Part shown: positions 41,980 to 55,513 of the stretch, in pieces | How positions within the stretch are numbered: the first letter of the stretch is position 1 | Layout: each line of letters opens with the position of its first letter | From: Antedon mediterranea | Lineage: Eukaryota; Animalia; Echinodermata | DNA: 64,000 nt | Direction: 5' to 3' | NCBI RefSeq assembly: GCF_964355755.1 | Contig: NC_092679.1 | Location: forward strand, 4,370,201-4,434,200 | Position numbers and translations under genes: made by a program | The notes under the pieces: model-generated | What the model saw: the letters and a program-made list of their open reading frames with translations, nothing else | Database searches by the model: none | Told to the model about the DNA's origin: nothing

Positions 41980-42580
41980 ATTAGTTTCAGGTATAGGCCT
42001 ATCTACCTAAATTTAATTTATTGTTATTGTTTGTGATACAATTGAGTAATACGATAATACTTTATATATACTATAGAAAAGGGGACACACATGATACTAT
42101 TTCAAAAATTTAAATATGATTTCATGAAAAACATAGAGTTTCAGCTAAATTTAATTTATTGTTAATTTGATACAAATTGAGTACTATGATAATACTTATA
42201 TATACTTATAGAAAGAGGGACACACATGATACTATTTCAAAAATTAAAATATGATTTCATGAAAAACATAGAGTTTCAGCTAAATTGAATTTATTGTTAA
42301 TTACTGTGATACAAATTGGGTATTGTGATAATACTTATATATACTTATAGAAAGAGGGACACACATGATACTATTTCAAAAATTAAAATATGATTTCATG
42401 AAAAACATAGAGTTTCAGCTAAATTGAATTTATTGTTAATTACTGTGATACAAATTGAGTACTATGATAATACTTATATATACTTATAGAAAGAGGGACA
42501 CACATGATACTATTTCAAAAATTAAAATATGATTTTATTTATTGTTAATTTGATACAAATTGAGTACTATGATAATACCT
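41980..42580. repeat. About 139-bp tandem repeat (about 4 copies) between the two paralogs
   Basis: GAAAGAGGGACACACATGATACTATTTCAAAAATT recurs near 42076, 42211, 42350 and 42489. Confidence 0.9.
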
Positions 42581-43775
42581 TATTATACAGTCAGTTTTTA
42601 CATGTGTTTTGCTTCAGTTCTCTATAAATAATTTAACAATGGTATTCTTCAATTGTTTACTTATCTCTGATTTGCATGTCGCCATTAACAGCTTTTCAAT
42701 ACAGTAGATACAGACTCTAAAACATGCACGCGGTTTTAAATTTACATAATTCGATGTTATTTGTTCTCGGTATAAATAGTTCAACAATGGTATTGTGACT
42801 GTGGTTTTAATTCAATCTCACCAAATATTTATTTTACAGTTGTTTACGTCACCAGTGATTATTAGCTATTCTTCAAGTTTATAGGGTTATTTCAAACAAA
42901 GTTACATCTCAGTAGTCCCCTTTAAATATACTAGTAGTAACCGAACACTTTTTAAATTATGAACAAAGAAAAGTACAAAAGAGCAAACCTCTCTTGCGCG
43001 ACCAAACTATGATAAGTTTTATATTGATTTTAATTCGAAAGCAAACATCAATAAGGTTTTAACAGATTTAAAAAAAATGTAGTTTATTCATAGAGATAGC
43101 TTTATGAATATAGGAGGAGGAATCTGAGGGTAAATAATAGATTCTTCCTTATGGGGCAATTATAATGGCAATCATATGAATGTAACATCGAGAATGAAAC
43201 TTGAAAAAGAACCATGTGATGAGAAGACCAAAGCAACGATGACGATGATGATGATGATGATAATTATGATAAAGATGATCATAACGAAGACAACTGATTA
43301 GAATATTCAATGTTTCACTTCTGCTTAACTCTGAATTCATTATTGTGTACATCAACAGCAATTTCAATTTCAATAGTACAGTGCCCTGTTGTTTTGTCAA
43401 ATCGCCTAGTTACAATTTGAATAATTGTTGTCTATACAAGAATTTAATTGTATTTATATGTAAAAGCTTATTTATCCATGAATTACAATTACAACTACAG
43501 TACACTGTATTCAATAAGCCATGTTTAGATTTGAGGAAATAAATTCTGTATACGAAAACGTATGATAAATACTGTTTAAACATTAGGTGATGTTGATTAA
43601 AATGTTATTGCGTGGAGAATCGAAAATTTGATGACACTCTGAGAAATACACTTACACCCTAAAATATAAACACATTACTAATACATTGTTTCAATGTAAT
43701 TATGGATAGGATTTTCCAGGAGATTATCAAATAGTAGATATAAATAGAAATATTTAGTTAAATCTAAGTTTTGGA

Positions 43776-44030
43776 GTGGAATTGTGGCTTGGTGGTTATG
43801 ATGCTTGGCTACCACTCCAAGGGTTCAAGTCCCGTCACATGTCAGGATTTTTTCTAAGGACAAAATTACAACTCCACTCCCAAAGGCTTGTAATAAGACT
43901 TTGTTTATGTAGAGCATCTTGTATATGTATGTCTTGTGAACCTCTGAGGGTCCCTAATGATCAGCAATTGCTGGATGGATCACCCTCTTTAAATATGGTA
44001 AAAAAAAAACAAAAAAACAAAAAAACACAA
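43776..44030 (+). mobile_element. tRNA-derived SINE-like element
   Basis: A box-like TGGCTTGGTGG, B box GGTTCAAGTCC, and an A-rich 3' tail. Confidence 0.5.
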
Positions 44031-45321
44031 CAGTCAAAGTTATACTGATATATTTCACTATCAGATTATATCCAATCGAAAATTCATTATTATCAAAATT
44101 GATTTTATTTTAGATTATCTGATAGCTATTACGGAGGTAAAACATAGATATAATACCTCCGCGTCTTTATCATTTATTTATACCTCCGTGGTTATATATA
44201 TTGAATGTTCTGTTTCTACTTTCTAACAGGTTGGAAAGATCTGTTATGGATCTCACTGAGCCATGACGTTGAGAGCAATTGTTTGCAATTTCTATTGTTC
44301 CATTGTGATGCATATTAAGAACACCTTTCACATTTATTCTCATCATAATGAACCGTGACTCACGGTAAAGTACAGACAATTCACCACAGAACAAAACACC
44401 AAAATATTATCGTCACAAATGTAGCCAATATCGTATTTTATTTGACGGTTGTTTGAGGAAACTATTGGGACATATTAACTAAAAAACGATCTGTAAGGTT
44501 AGTATTTTGTAACAGTATTCGAGATGGTTGTTTGTATCCTATATTATAGTTGCTATAGGCAGGTATTTTCAACAGGTTTTATTGAACAGCAAGGTTGATA
44601 TACCGTTTTTGTGGTTGGAGTTTAGTCATTGTGATGACGTCTAATACTGATGAGATGCTATGCTGTACCAGTTTACCAAGGAAAGACACTTGCGTATTGA
44701 ATCCTAAATATTCTTGCAATTTGAGTGAATTAATACCATTTCACTGTGCTTATAGTACTGTACATAACGTGGCTATTACGGTATAGGTCTATTGTAGCTA
44801 TTTTCCAATAATAATTATAGGCTCGATCATAATTGATTTCACGTGTTCTGGAAAAGGTATATCAATGCTCTTTCTCAACCTCAATTTGTTTTTATCTTGT
44901 GTTATAAAAAAATGTTTTCTAAAAACCTAATTTGTTTTTTTTTATTATCAAACTTAGTTATTGTTAATTTTGTTGTGATACAAACACCAATTATATAATA
45001 AGAATTATCGTCAGAAATGTAGTCGTTCAATATTTCTGTATTAATAAACAATACCCTAATCCAAAGATCAATTAACATTTTGAAACAAAATCAATCTGGT
45101 TTAATTCATATCATAATTCTTCTATTCGAGATATTGTATACACCAATAATACAGTTGATAGATGTAGGTATAGGCTTCTCTCTGTACAGTACACTGATAG
45201 TACTGAAATGTTCTGAATGGTAAATAAGCTGACAAGTTTGTATTTCATTTCTAATCAATGTAGCCTATACTGTAACTTTAAAAATCATTGTTTTCATTAC
45301 AGATATCAAAACCCACCCAAT

Positions 45322-48300
45322 ATGAAGTTTACAATCTGTATGGTTTTGCTTTTATTTCTAGCCTTGGAGTCAAACGCACAATTTGGTAAATGTTTTTAGT
45401 TACTTATTGACTTTAAATTATACGGTCTTTATCAGTATTCAAGACTTCCAAAACCAGATTCTAAAATGAACAGAATTAGGTTGCAAATGAAGATCGTTTT
45501 CCCTCTTTAAAATGTATTTAGAAAGCTACAGACATTTAGGGAAACCGACATGTTGGGCATCATGTTGGGAAAAGTACAATGTAGAAATTGTTAGGTAACT
45601 TCAAAAAAATCAAAGTATTATTCAAAGTATTTTATCTTTTAGCATTGGATGTTTTTATGGTAACTTTACTGAAAATGATAAGAAAAATATTGAGAGACCA
45701 CGTAAAATTGCACAACGTATTATTAAAGCTGATCTAACGCCTTGTTCATTTATCTATGAAAAGAGTATTCTAAAAAAAGTAAACAATATTATGAAAGACA
45801 CCACTCATCCGTTACATTACTGTTATAACTTAAATAGATCAGGCATTAGGCTACGACCTCCAAGAGCAAATCTTTGTAGAACTAGAAAATCCTTCGTTGT
45901 AAATAGCATTCATATTTTTAATTCTAATGTAAGACGTTAATGCAATTTTTAATAGTTTTACATTTTTAACAGTATTTTTTACTTTTTATCTTGTATTTTT
46001 AATCTGTTATAATACTGCACGTTTTTAAATTGTTGCAATACTGCTTTTTTAATCTACCAAGCAAAGTGAATTTCCATTTTTATGGACAAATAAAATTTCT
46101 TGAATCTTGAATCTTGAATCTTGAAAATGTCTTCTATTGTGAATTTCTATATTCTTTCTTTGTGTATCGGGTAGATCAAAAAGCGTATAATAGTTAGAAT
46201 AAAAAAGGTTGTTTGTTGAAATTACTTTGTGGTCAAAGCAAACAAAATTAAATAGTAAAGTATAGTTCTGTTTAAAATACAATCAAACTATTATTGAGAG
46301 ATATTTGTTTGTTAATAGTTTGATTTACCTAATTAATTTCTTTAAAAAACCAATTTCGGTACAGAGTTCACTTATTAGACGTTATTGTATTTAGTATATC
46401 CAGAAGTCACCAAAATAAAAACTAATCACCATATCTCTTCTTTCAAAAAGATGTAAATAACAGTCATCATAGTACTAGCAATTGACATAATATGAATTGC
46501 ACCTTGTGAATCGAAACTCTTCTCTAATATGTTTAGCACATCTTTTCACAGTTTTCGATATTCTTTTGAATTGTAAATTATAGTGTAAATAATCTGTTTT
46601 AATGCTATCGTCATCATCATTTTTTTTCGTAATTTAATTTCCTTACTGCAACAAAATTAATTTTTGCTTATTGATGTTTGTTGTTTTTTATGAATAAAGG
46701 TACCTCGACATTATTATGTAAGATATGCATACAGATACCTCGATATACATTATTGTATAATATATGAATAAAGATATCTCGATAGATACATCATTGTAGA
46801 AGATGACCCTATTAACACCCCACCCTTTGTTGCAGCTTGTAACAGTGCACCTTGTGCAAATAGCGCAACTTGCTACAACAGTAGAGAAGGAAATACGTTT
46901 TTCTGTTTATGTCCTGCCGGGTATACCGGAGTCCAGTGTGAAATCAGTTTACCTGGTAAGTCTAAAGCTCTGTTTCCACTATCGAAATTTATGTAACAAA
47001 AAAATGAAATGTACCAATATATGGACAAGACGACGTCATATCACTACCATAGTTGGACACATCACACTTTTTTTTTATTAAAATAGTTTGATAATGTAGA
47101 CAAAACTTAATTTTTATTTTTACTCGTTTGTTTGTTTTATTGGTCATGTGATGTTTTTTGTTTGTTTTTGTGTTAAAAACTTTTTTCTTCATTATATTTG
47201 TAATCCATTTACATATTTAAATTACGTTCTTCTCTATTATAATTTACAGAAAGGCTTCCATATAAATATATATATCTTTTGATTTTTTCAAAGGAACATG
47301 TCCCCCTAACTACGCATGTGTGAATGGTATCTGTAATTCGGACCTAATGGGGACCCCACACTGTGCCTGTTACATTGGATACTCCGGAGTGGACTGCTCA
47401 ATAAGAGGCCCTGGTAAGTACTTTTACCTTTGTATTTATTTTCCAATGAAAAGCATTGTGCTCAACAGAAAGAAAAAAACTTGTGAATATCAAAATAAAC
47501 TAATTGGTCATTTGTAACAACGGAGAACGATTGACTAACCACAGAAATCAAACAGTTCTTCTAGATGGATTGCTGACTTCAGTATGCATATTATCGTTGA
47601 GAGTGTTGGTGTTCATTATATAATTTCTAATAATCTTATTGGATGTTTACTCCATTCTGTTTTTTCTTTATCTGTTTGTTACATTTTTTTATATTACAGA
47701 GACATCATGCCATCTTCTCACTCCATGTCAAAACGACGGAATTTGTTTCACATTATCAACGGATCTTTCCTTGTATATTTGCGTTTGTACAGAACAATTT
47801 ACTGGAAAACACTGTGAAATTCTGGCAACAACAATCGAAGGTAATGAACATAAAACTGGAGAAATATTTTATATTTTCTCAGATTGACCGGCCATCATAA
47901 GTAAATGTTTGCAATTTTTACCGACTGCTCTATTTCAGATCGATGTGATCCAAATCCGTGTAAAAACAACGCCAATTGCAGCGTAGACGAGCACAACCCC
48001 GGAGGATATTACTGCGCATGCTTACAAGGATTCAGTGGCGAAAATTGCTCATTGGACGACACGTTAAGTACGTATCTATAATTAAAAAAAAAACACGAAA
48101 TTCCACAGAAGTAAAAATTTCATTTCATTTCATTTATTCCACATTTATTTAGTCATCAACAGTACAACTGAAAAACAGGGATCCTGCATAAAAAAGCTGT
48201 AGCTTCGTTTTTTTGTAGGACACTTTTACATAAGAACAAGTATATAGAACTTAAATAAAACAAAGGTGTTGTTAATCAGCATATAGTGATAACAAGTATT

Positions 48301-51300
48301 TTTTGACCTGTTTTTTTATACATTTATTTTGTTTCTTTAAAATAACCGGTTTATTACCACCATTAAAAGTGAATTCTTTCCACAATTTTGGTCCATATAT
48401 GTGTATAAACATACACTGCTTTCAATATGTATGTACCCATATTTATCTTTAAAAAAAAGCTAAACTTTGTTTTCAGCTTGTACCTATAGTGGCCAAACAT
48501 ATAGTAGCCAAGAAGTTCGGCAATATGATTGCAATCTTTGGTGAGTTTAGTAGTAGTAGTAGACAATGAAAAAATGAAATGAATTATATTAGTTATACCT
48601 GTTTCAACATCGAATTGAATATGTACAAGGTATTGACATGCAAGACAACCCATAATCAGCACCAACCCAAATCAGCTGCTTGGAACTATTCTCCATAATT
48701 GTATTTCCTGCCTATTTTAATCCTACAGTGTAATACTTATTTTAAGATCTAGCTGACGATGTCCTTTTTTACAACGAGCTTGAGTCTGCTTGCCATATAG
48801 TATATTAATTATCATTATTGTTACCATTTGAAAATTATGAAGAAATGCTGTCATGCTTTAAATGATTTTTTTTAATGATTTATTTTTATTACTTTGGCAG
48901 CACTTGTATTAATGGAATGTGGAGTTGTACAGAGGCTGCCTGTGGTAAGTAAACTTCAAGAATGATGAGCTTTTTTTAAAAATGGTAATTATATACTATG
49001 TGGAGGATGATGGAATATCAAAAAAGGAACCAGTGTTTTTCCTCCTTGGTTTAATAAGTTTCAAGTTCGAGCCGTGTCAATCGTTGTTGCCTTCCCCCTC
49101 GGATCATTTTAAGCGGTTGCTCATGGTGGTAGCTACTTCTGTGTTTGCCAGAAGATATTAAACTCCCTGCATTTCCCTATTCTTGTAAAAATTGTACTGA
49201 TATTTGATATTATAGGAGGAATGTGTGAATACGAAGACATGATATATCTTGAAAATGACAGCCGCCAGGAAGACTGCAACACATGGTGAGTTTTCTGTAG
49301 TGGCACGGTTACTTACCGGTGAATCAAGGGTCATAGGTTACAATGGGGTCAAAGTTATCAAACATGCTTTGCAAAAATATCATAACTTTTGTTTTGTTGA
49401 TTGATTTTGCTTACGTCCGTTTTCAAAATAACCTACGCAAATATTTTTATATATTTCTTTTCTTAAATCTTAGATGTCCATTCCATAAAGATAAACAGAT
49501 AAACTCTCAGGTTTTTTACTTAAGAACTCCTTATTAACTTAACTTAAGCAAAAACATATGACATATACATCATCATCATTAACTATGTTTACCTTGTAGT
49601 TACTGCTTAAATGGAGGATGGATATGCACAACAGAAGAATGCAATGGTATGTGGTAGAGAGACTCTCAGCATCGCTGTTTAATTGAAAGCATAATCATCA
49701 TATTGGCAGTTCTTTTTTGTATTTTTCTTTAGAAATGTAAAAACAAGTGAATGTTTTATTGGTTCAACATTTTCCCTACTCACTAAAATACATTCTGCTG
49801 TAGCATAAATTCCTCTTTTCGAAGAGAGTATTGTTCCTTTTGATTTATTGATTTAATAAAAGGTGGTATTATTATTATAATAATGTGAAGTATTATGTTT
49901 CCTTTTCTATTTGTTTCATAGAAAATGTTTGTCTATACGAAAAAAGTGATTATATTGAAATATATGATGAAGATGAACACAGATGGGAAGAATGTAATGT
50001 GTGGTAAATATTATGAATTTCTACAAATTTAGATTGACTGACAGTAGTAGGCGTATTATTTTCACTTCGCCTTATTACAAGGAGCTCTTTCATTGCTTTG
50101 TATTATTTTCGCATAATCTTCTTGATGATCTCTAGATTGTAAATAAACACCTTGTAAATATTAGGAATATGACCTGAACTATGGAGGGCACATAAAGGAT
50201 TCCGAATTATATTTTGCTCAATGTCTTATATGATATTTTTCAATTGACACCACAGTTATTGTCTTAATGGACTTTGGGCCTGCACTCTGGACTCATGCTG
50301 TAAGTGAATGTTTGTTTACACATGTTCTATGTTAGATTGTTAATCAGCGTTTCTTTAATTTGTGGAAAAGTTTTTGTTTGGCTGTTTCTGATTAATAATT
50401 TATTTATTTCATTGTTTTCTTTTCTATATTTTTGATGAACTGTCACCAACACCAGCAAATAGGTATGTTGTTTGTCTTAATCATAATTGATCCAATACAA
50501 TGTTGTCATTTAAATAGAATTAATCTAGGAATTAAATCAATATTTATTTATAATTCATAGTTAGACATTTGTTAAAAAGAAATTTACATGACCAAATAAG
50601 CGTATCGACTTTTTGCTGACAAGCTTTTCAAACCGTATCTGGACAACTACTCCTTGGGCAATTACCACCCGGAAAATTATCCCCCAGGACTACTACCATC
50701 CGGGAAACTATCCCCTAGGACAACTGCCTCCAGGATAATTCAAACTACTCTTAAAAGATCTAATTGCTCTGGTCAGATGTGGAGTAGCTACATTTGCTCC
50801 TCCTTTTTCAAAACCACATGTTCTCATTACTTTCAGAATGGTTATTAATGTTAAGTTTGAATTTGACGGTGATTTTGAAAACATTGTTGATGTTGTTGGC
50901 GCTTTTAAAATGTAAGTATATTTTTTATAACCATTACTTGATGTATCGATATTCCTTATTGTAATTGTTATACAATAAAAATGAAAAATTGGTTTTAGTT
51001 TAAGACAGGTATTTAAATTGTCGATTTTCAATTTCTTTTAATACGCAGATTACTTCAAGATGATATCTCATCGACCTATGACATAGAAAAAGATGCAATA
51101 GAACAAATGGAAGTAAGACTTTTTATTTTTGTTTTTACTTTATTTGTAAAGAACTGTAGGCCTAGTATTCCTCAATTGATTAAATTGAAAACACGTTTGA
51201 ACGTTCATTCCTTTAACAACCATTCCTCTCAACAAAAGTGTTTTAAAAGGATGAGGATTTTTTTTAATGAATCAATAGCATCCAACGTCTGAAATGGTGT

Positions 51301-52622
51301 TGTCTGTATTCATTGATGCCTTTCATATACATAACTTAAGCATTGTAATCGGGAATAATGTAATATGAATATAATTTTTTTCAGGTAAATGAAGGATATG
51401 ATGAAATCATAAAGGTTTCTTTTTCACTGGTCGGTAGTCAGGACGGCTCTGTCGATAAGATGTTGTCCAAAATTCAAACGCCTGTAAGTACCATTTGTAA
51501 TCATTATACTAGTGCAGTAGTACAGTAGTTATCCGTTTCTCCAGCACACCATGTTGTCTTATATTTTTATTGTGGATGATTCAAATTTTGTAATTATCTG
51601 ATAATCAATACTTTCTTGTAGTCTTACCAAAAGTCTCTAGTTATTTTTTTTTTTACGTTGTATTTACAAGCGCAACCAGCAAGCATTTTTCCTTCTGATG
51701 ATTAACTCAATTTAGGTAAATAGCTGAATTCTTAAGAACTCTCTTTGGTCTCTTTCTGGCACTTCTGATAATTTTGAGAAAATTACACCTCACAGCACCA
51801 GGAGGAATTAACTACAGTAATTCAAATTATCATCTTTCCCATTATCATCTTTCCTAGATTAATGATGGAGAGTATGCATTTACCTTCAATGGAATGCAAT
51901 ATCAAGCAAAGACAAATTCATTCTCATCGCAGCAAATTTGGCCCGAAAACACAGAATCTGGTATTAACAGCACTGTGGTTCTAGTCATTGTTTGTGCTGT
52001 CACAGGTCTCGGCTTTATCGTCATCATACTTGGTGTAACATTATACGTAAGCAAGTTTGGTTATTTTTTATGCTGTTTTTTTACCATGAGAAATCATTTA
52101 TTAAGCTCTGTCTACACTATCAAACTTTATGTGAAAACACGACGATGTCATATCACTATATTTTGTCCAGTTTGATAGTGTAGACAGAGCTTAAGTTTTA
52201 CAGTACAGTATTAGTTTTCCTAAAATGGTGCTGTAATGTTTTTTTACAGATTAGAACAGCCAACACAAAACGAAGAGACACCAAATATGGAAATGCAAAA
52301 CTTCCAAATGTAATTATGACATTATTTATATATTATTTAAATATAAAAAAATATATAAATTCAAGCACCTGAAGTTTCAGGTACACCCTGTAGTGCATGT
52401 GATCAAACTAGCGCCTTTGGCCTTTTATTTCGAACATCTTTGACATGAACTGGTTAAAGCTTACAACCTCTATTATATTTTCATACATATTTGCATATCT
52501 CCTCTTCTACATTGAATTTCTATCCATTTTTTTCTACAATACAGCGAAGAACTGGATTGGATAACGGCGACCAAACAAGATTAACAAGAGAAACAACCTT
52601 ACCTTCTAATTTGCATATTTAA
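45322..52622 (+). CDS. Type-I membrane protein, paralog B: signal peptide, 4 EGF, 3 VWC_out/pacifastin-like modules, SEA-like domain, TM helix, short tail
   Basis: Signal exon 45322-45385 (MKFTICMVLLLFLALESNAQF). EGF exons 46800(or 46846)-46955, 47294-47413, 47700-47840, 47939-48067. Module exon pairs 48477-48540/48901-48944, 49216-49285/49600-49646, 49922-50003/50256-50299. Microexon 50456-50462. Then 50837-50911, 51049-51112, 51385-51483, TM exon 51858-52046, 52250-52309, 52545-52622 (TAA). Same exon order and phases as paralog A. Confidence 0.85.
45605..46125 (+). mobile_element. 5'-truncated Rex1/Babar-like LINE remnant in intron 1 of paralog B
   Basis: Translates as QSIIQSILSFSIGCFYGN...DTTHPLH...RSGIRLRPPRANLCRTRKSFVVNSIHIFN, like the Rex-Babar ORF C-terminus. 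It ends in AATAAA plus a (TCTTGAA)n tail. Confidence 0.7.
46966..47107. mobile_element. MITE family A copy, about 10 nt after a splice donor
   Basis: Family A TIR remnants with TAA flanks. Confidence 0.6.
50456..50462 (+). other. 7-nt coding microexon (CAAATAG) of paralog B
   Basis: ACCAG|CAAATAG|GTATGT after a pyrimidine-rich tract. It is required to join the phase-1 end (50299) to the phase-2 start (50837). Confidence 0.75.
50635..50740. repeat. Short degenerate 16-17-bp tandem repeat
   Basis: GGACAACTAC(T/C)CC-like units repeated about 6 times. Confidence 0.5.
52104..52191. mobile_element. MITE family A, minimal copy
   Basis: Perfect TIRs AGCTCTGTCTACACTATCAAACT / AGTTTGATAGTGTAGACAGAGCT. 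Confidence 0.8.
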
Positions 52623-52869
52623 GAGGTTTTTTTTATTTACTATTTTATTCTCCGTCTACCGTACTTGTAAATTACACTGTACTTTAATCTTTTATACCGA
52701 GATAGTAATATATGTAAAATAAAATTTGTATAAAACAAAAAGTATCAATTAAGATTGCTTTTTCTATTTAAAAAAGGTTATTTAAAATAAATATTAATAT
52801 TATATTATTAATAAATATTCTTTAAAAAAACCTAAAAATCGTGTTTTCAGTAAGTAATAGGCCTAGTAA

Positions 52870-55299
52870 CCAAATTAAATTACAAAAAATGGGCAAAATA
52901 CGCATTTAAAAAAAAAAATACTGTATTGCTATATATGCGCATTTCGAAAAAATCCCTTTACAGTAATTTTTTCAAAAAAAGGACAAAAATATGCACTTTT
53001 TAAAATACTGTTATTATGCAATAATATTGCTATAGGCTATATGCGCATATATTGCGTTATCAATCATCTTATAGACGTATAGTAACCACTTATGTCAACA
53101 AAATAAAAAGGTCGAAATTTGGCTATTTTTCCACCATAAAATGCGCAAAATTAATTTTTAATCAACTTTCTACGCGTTTCTTGCGCAGAGGCGAATATTA
53201 GGTTTTTGACATAAATGGTTACTATAGCAAAAAAAAAAACCCCGAAATTTTGCTATTTTTCGACAAAATCCCTGAACTATAGTACAGGGAAATTTTCGAA
53301 AAAGTGCCATTTTTCGACACTTTTATTTTATGATATAAATAGTTACTATAGCATAATAAACATGCGCAGAGGCGAATATAGGGTTCTGCGCATGTCAATT
53401 ACGCTATAGTAACCAGTTTTATCAGAAAATAAAAAGGTCAAAATTTTGCTATTTTCCGAAAAAATCCCTGAACTATAGTACGGGAAAATTTCGAAAAATT
53501 GCCCTTTTTCGACCCTTTTATTTTATGATATAAATAGTTACTATAGCTTAATAAACATGCGCAGAGGCGAATATTAGGTTCTGCGCATGTCAATTATGCT
53601 ATAGTAACCAGTTTTATCTATTTTTTTTTACATAAATGGTTACTATAGCAAGATAAACATGTGCAGAGTCGAATATTAAGTTCTGCGCATGTCAATTATG
53701 CTATAGTAACCAGTTTTATCGGAAAATAAAAAGGTAGAAATTTTGCTATTTTCCGAAAAAATCACTGAACTATAGTTCAGGGAAATTTTCGAAAATATGC
53801 CATTTTTCGACCCTTTTATTTTGTGATATAAATAGTTACTGTAGCATAATAAACATGCGCAGAGGCGAATATTAGGTTCTGCGCATGTCAATTATGCTAT
53901 AGTAACCAGTTTTACCTATTTTTTTTACATAAATGGTTACTATAGCAAGTTAAACATGCGCAGGGTCGAATATTAGGTTCTGCGCATGTCAATTATGCTA
54001 TAGTAACCAGTTTTATCAGAAAATAAAAAGGTCAAAATTTTGATATTTTTCGACAAAATCCCTGAACTATAGTACAGGAAAATTTTCGAAAAATTACCAT
54101 TTTTCGACCCTTTTATTTTATGATATAAATAGTTACTATAGCATAATAAACATGGGCAGAGTCGAATATTAGGTTCTGCGCATGTCAATTATGCTATAGT
54201 AACCAGTTTTATCTATTTTTTTTACATAAATGGTTACTATAGCAAGATAAACATGCGCAGAGTCGAATATTAGGTTCTGCGCATATCAATTATGCTATAG
54301 TAACCAGTTTTATCAGAAAATAAAAAGGTCGAAATTTTGCTATTTTTCGACAAAATCCCTGAACTATAGTACAGGGAAATTTTCGAAAATGTGCCATTTT
54401 TCGACCCTTTTATTTTGTGATATATAGTTACTATAGCATAATAAACACGGGCAGAGTCGAATATTAGGTTCTGCGCATGTCAATTATGCTATAGTAACCA
54501 GTTTTATCTATTTTTTAAAAACATAAATGGTTACTATAGCAAGATAAAAATGCGCAGAGTCGAATATTAAGTTCTGCGCATGTCAATTATGCTATAGTAA
54601 CCAGTTTTATCGGAAAATAAAAAGGTCGAAATTTTGCTATTTTTTTAAAAAATCCCTGAACTATAGTTCAGGAAAATTTTCGAAAATGTGCCATTTTTCG
54701 ACCCTTTTATTTTGTGATATATAGTTACTATAGCATAATAAACATGCGCAGAGGCGAATATTAGGCTCTGCGCATGTCAATTATGCTATAGTAACCAGTT
54801 TTATCTATTTTTTTTACATAAATGGTTACTATAGCAAGATAAACATGCGCAGGGTCGAATATTAGGTTCTGCGCATGTCAATTATGCTATAGTAACCAGT
54901 TTTATCAGAAAATAAAAAGGTCAAAATTTTGATATTTTTCGACAAAATCCCTGAACTATAGTACAGGAAAATTTCGAAAAATTGCCATTTTTCGACCCTT
55001 TTATTTTATGATATAAATAGTTACTATAGCATAATAAACCTGCGCAGAGTCGAATACTAGGTTATGCGCATATCAATTATGCTATAGTAACCAGTTTTAT
55101 TGGAAAATAAAAAGGTCGAAATTTTGCTATTTTTTCCGAAAAAATCGAAATTTCCATTTTTCGACCCTTTTATTTTATGATATAAATAGTTACTATAGCA
55201 TAATAAACATGCGCAAAGGCGAATATTAGGTTATGCGCATGTCAATTATGCTATAGTAACCAGTTTTATCTATTTTTTTTGGACATAAGTAGTTACTAT
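52870..55299. repeat. Nested-palindrome satellite, about 297-bp higher-order unit
   Basis: A repeated hairpin TTACTATAGCATAAT..CATGCGCAGA-loop-TCTGCGCATG..ATTATGCTATAGTAA alternates with long and short spacers. Duplicated ORFs at 53676 and 53973 are 297 bp apart. The array resumes at 59696-59789 after the LTR element. Confidence 0.9.
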
Positions 55300-55420
55300 T
55301 GTAGTGTATTGACCACATACATCATACTGTAAATAGTTAGGCTGCCCTCTGTTGTTCATTAAAGAAATCTCTCTCTACAAAATGGATACCGAGCACGAGT
55401 CATATGTATGATACATCACA
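55300..55420 (+). repeat. 5' LTR
   Basis: Direct repeat of 59575-59695 with TG...CA ends. Confidence 0.95.
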
Positions 55421-55513
55421 ATTGGCGACGAGAATATAACGGAAAGCGCGTCAATAAGAAGATTAATCTGTGAGTAAGAATATTCAATAGTTAATATTCT
55501 ACAATCTGCTAAG

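Noticed and set aside
48120-48800. Possible minus-strand LINE remnant replacing an exon of paralog B
   Set aside because: The expected exon is present at 48477-48540, and LINE similarity is too weak to call.
53676-54188. Duplicated 71-aa ORFs
   Set aside because: They are translations of the 297-bp satellite unit.
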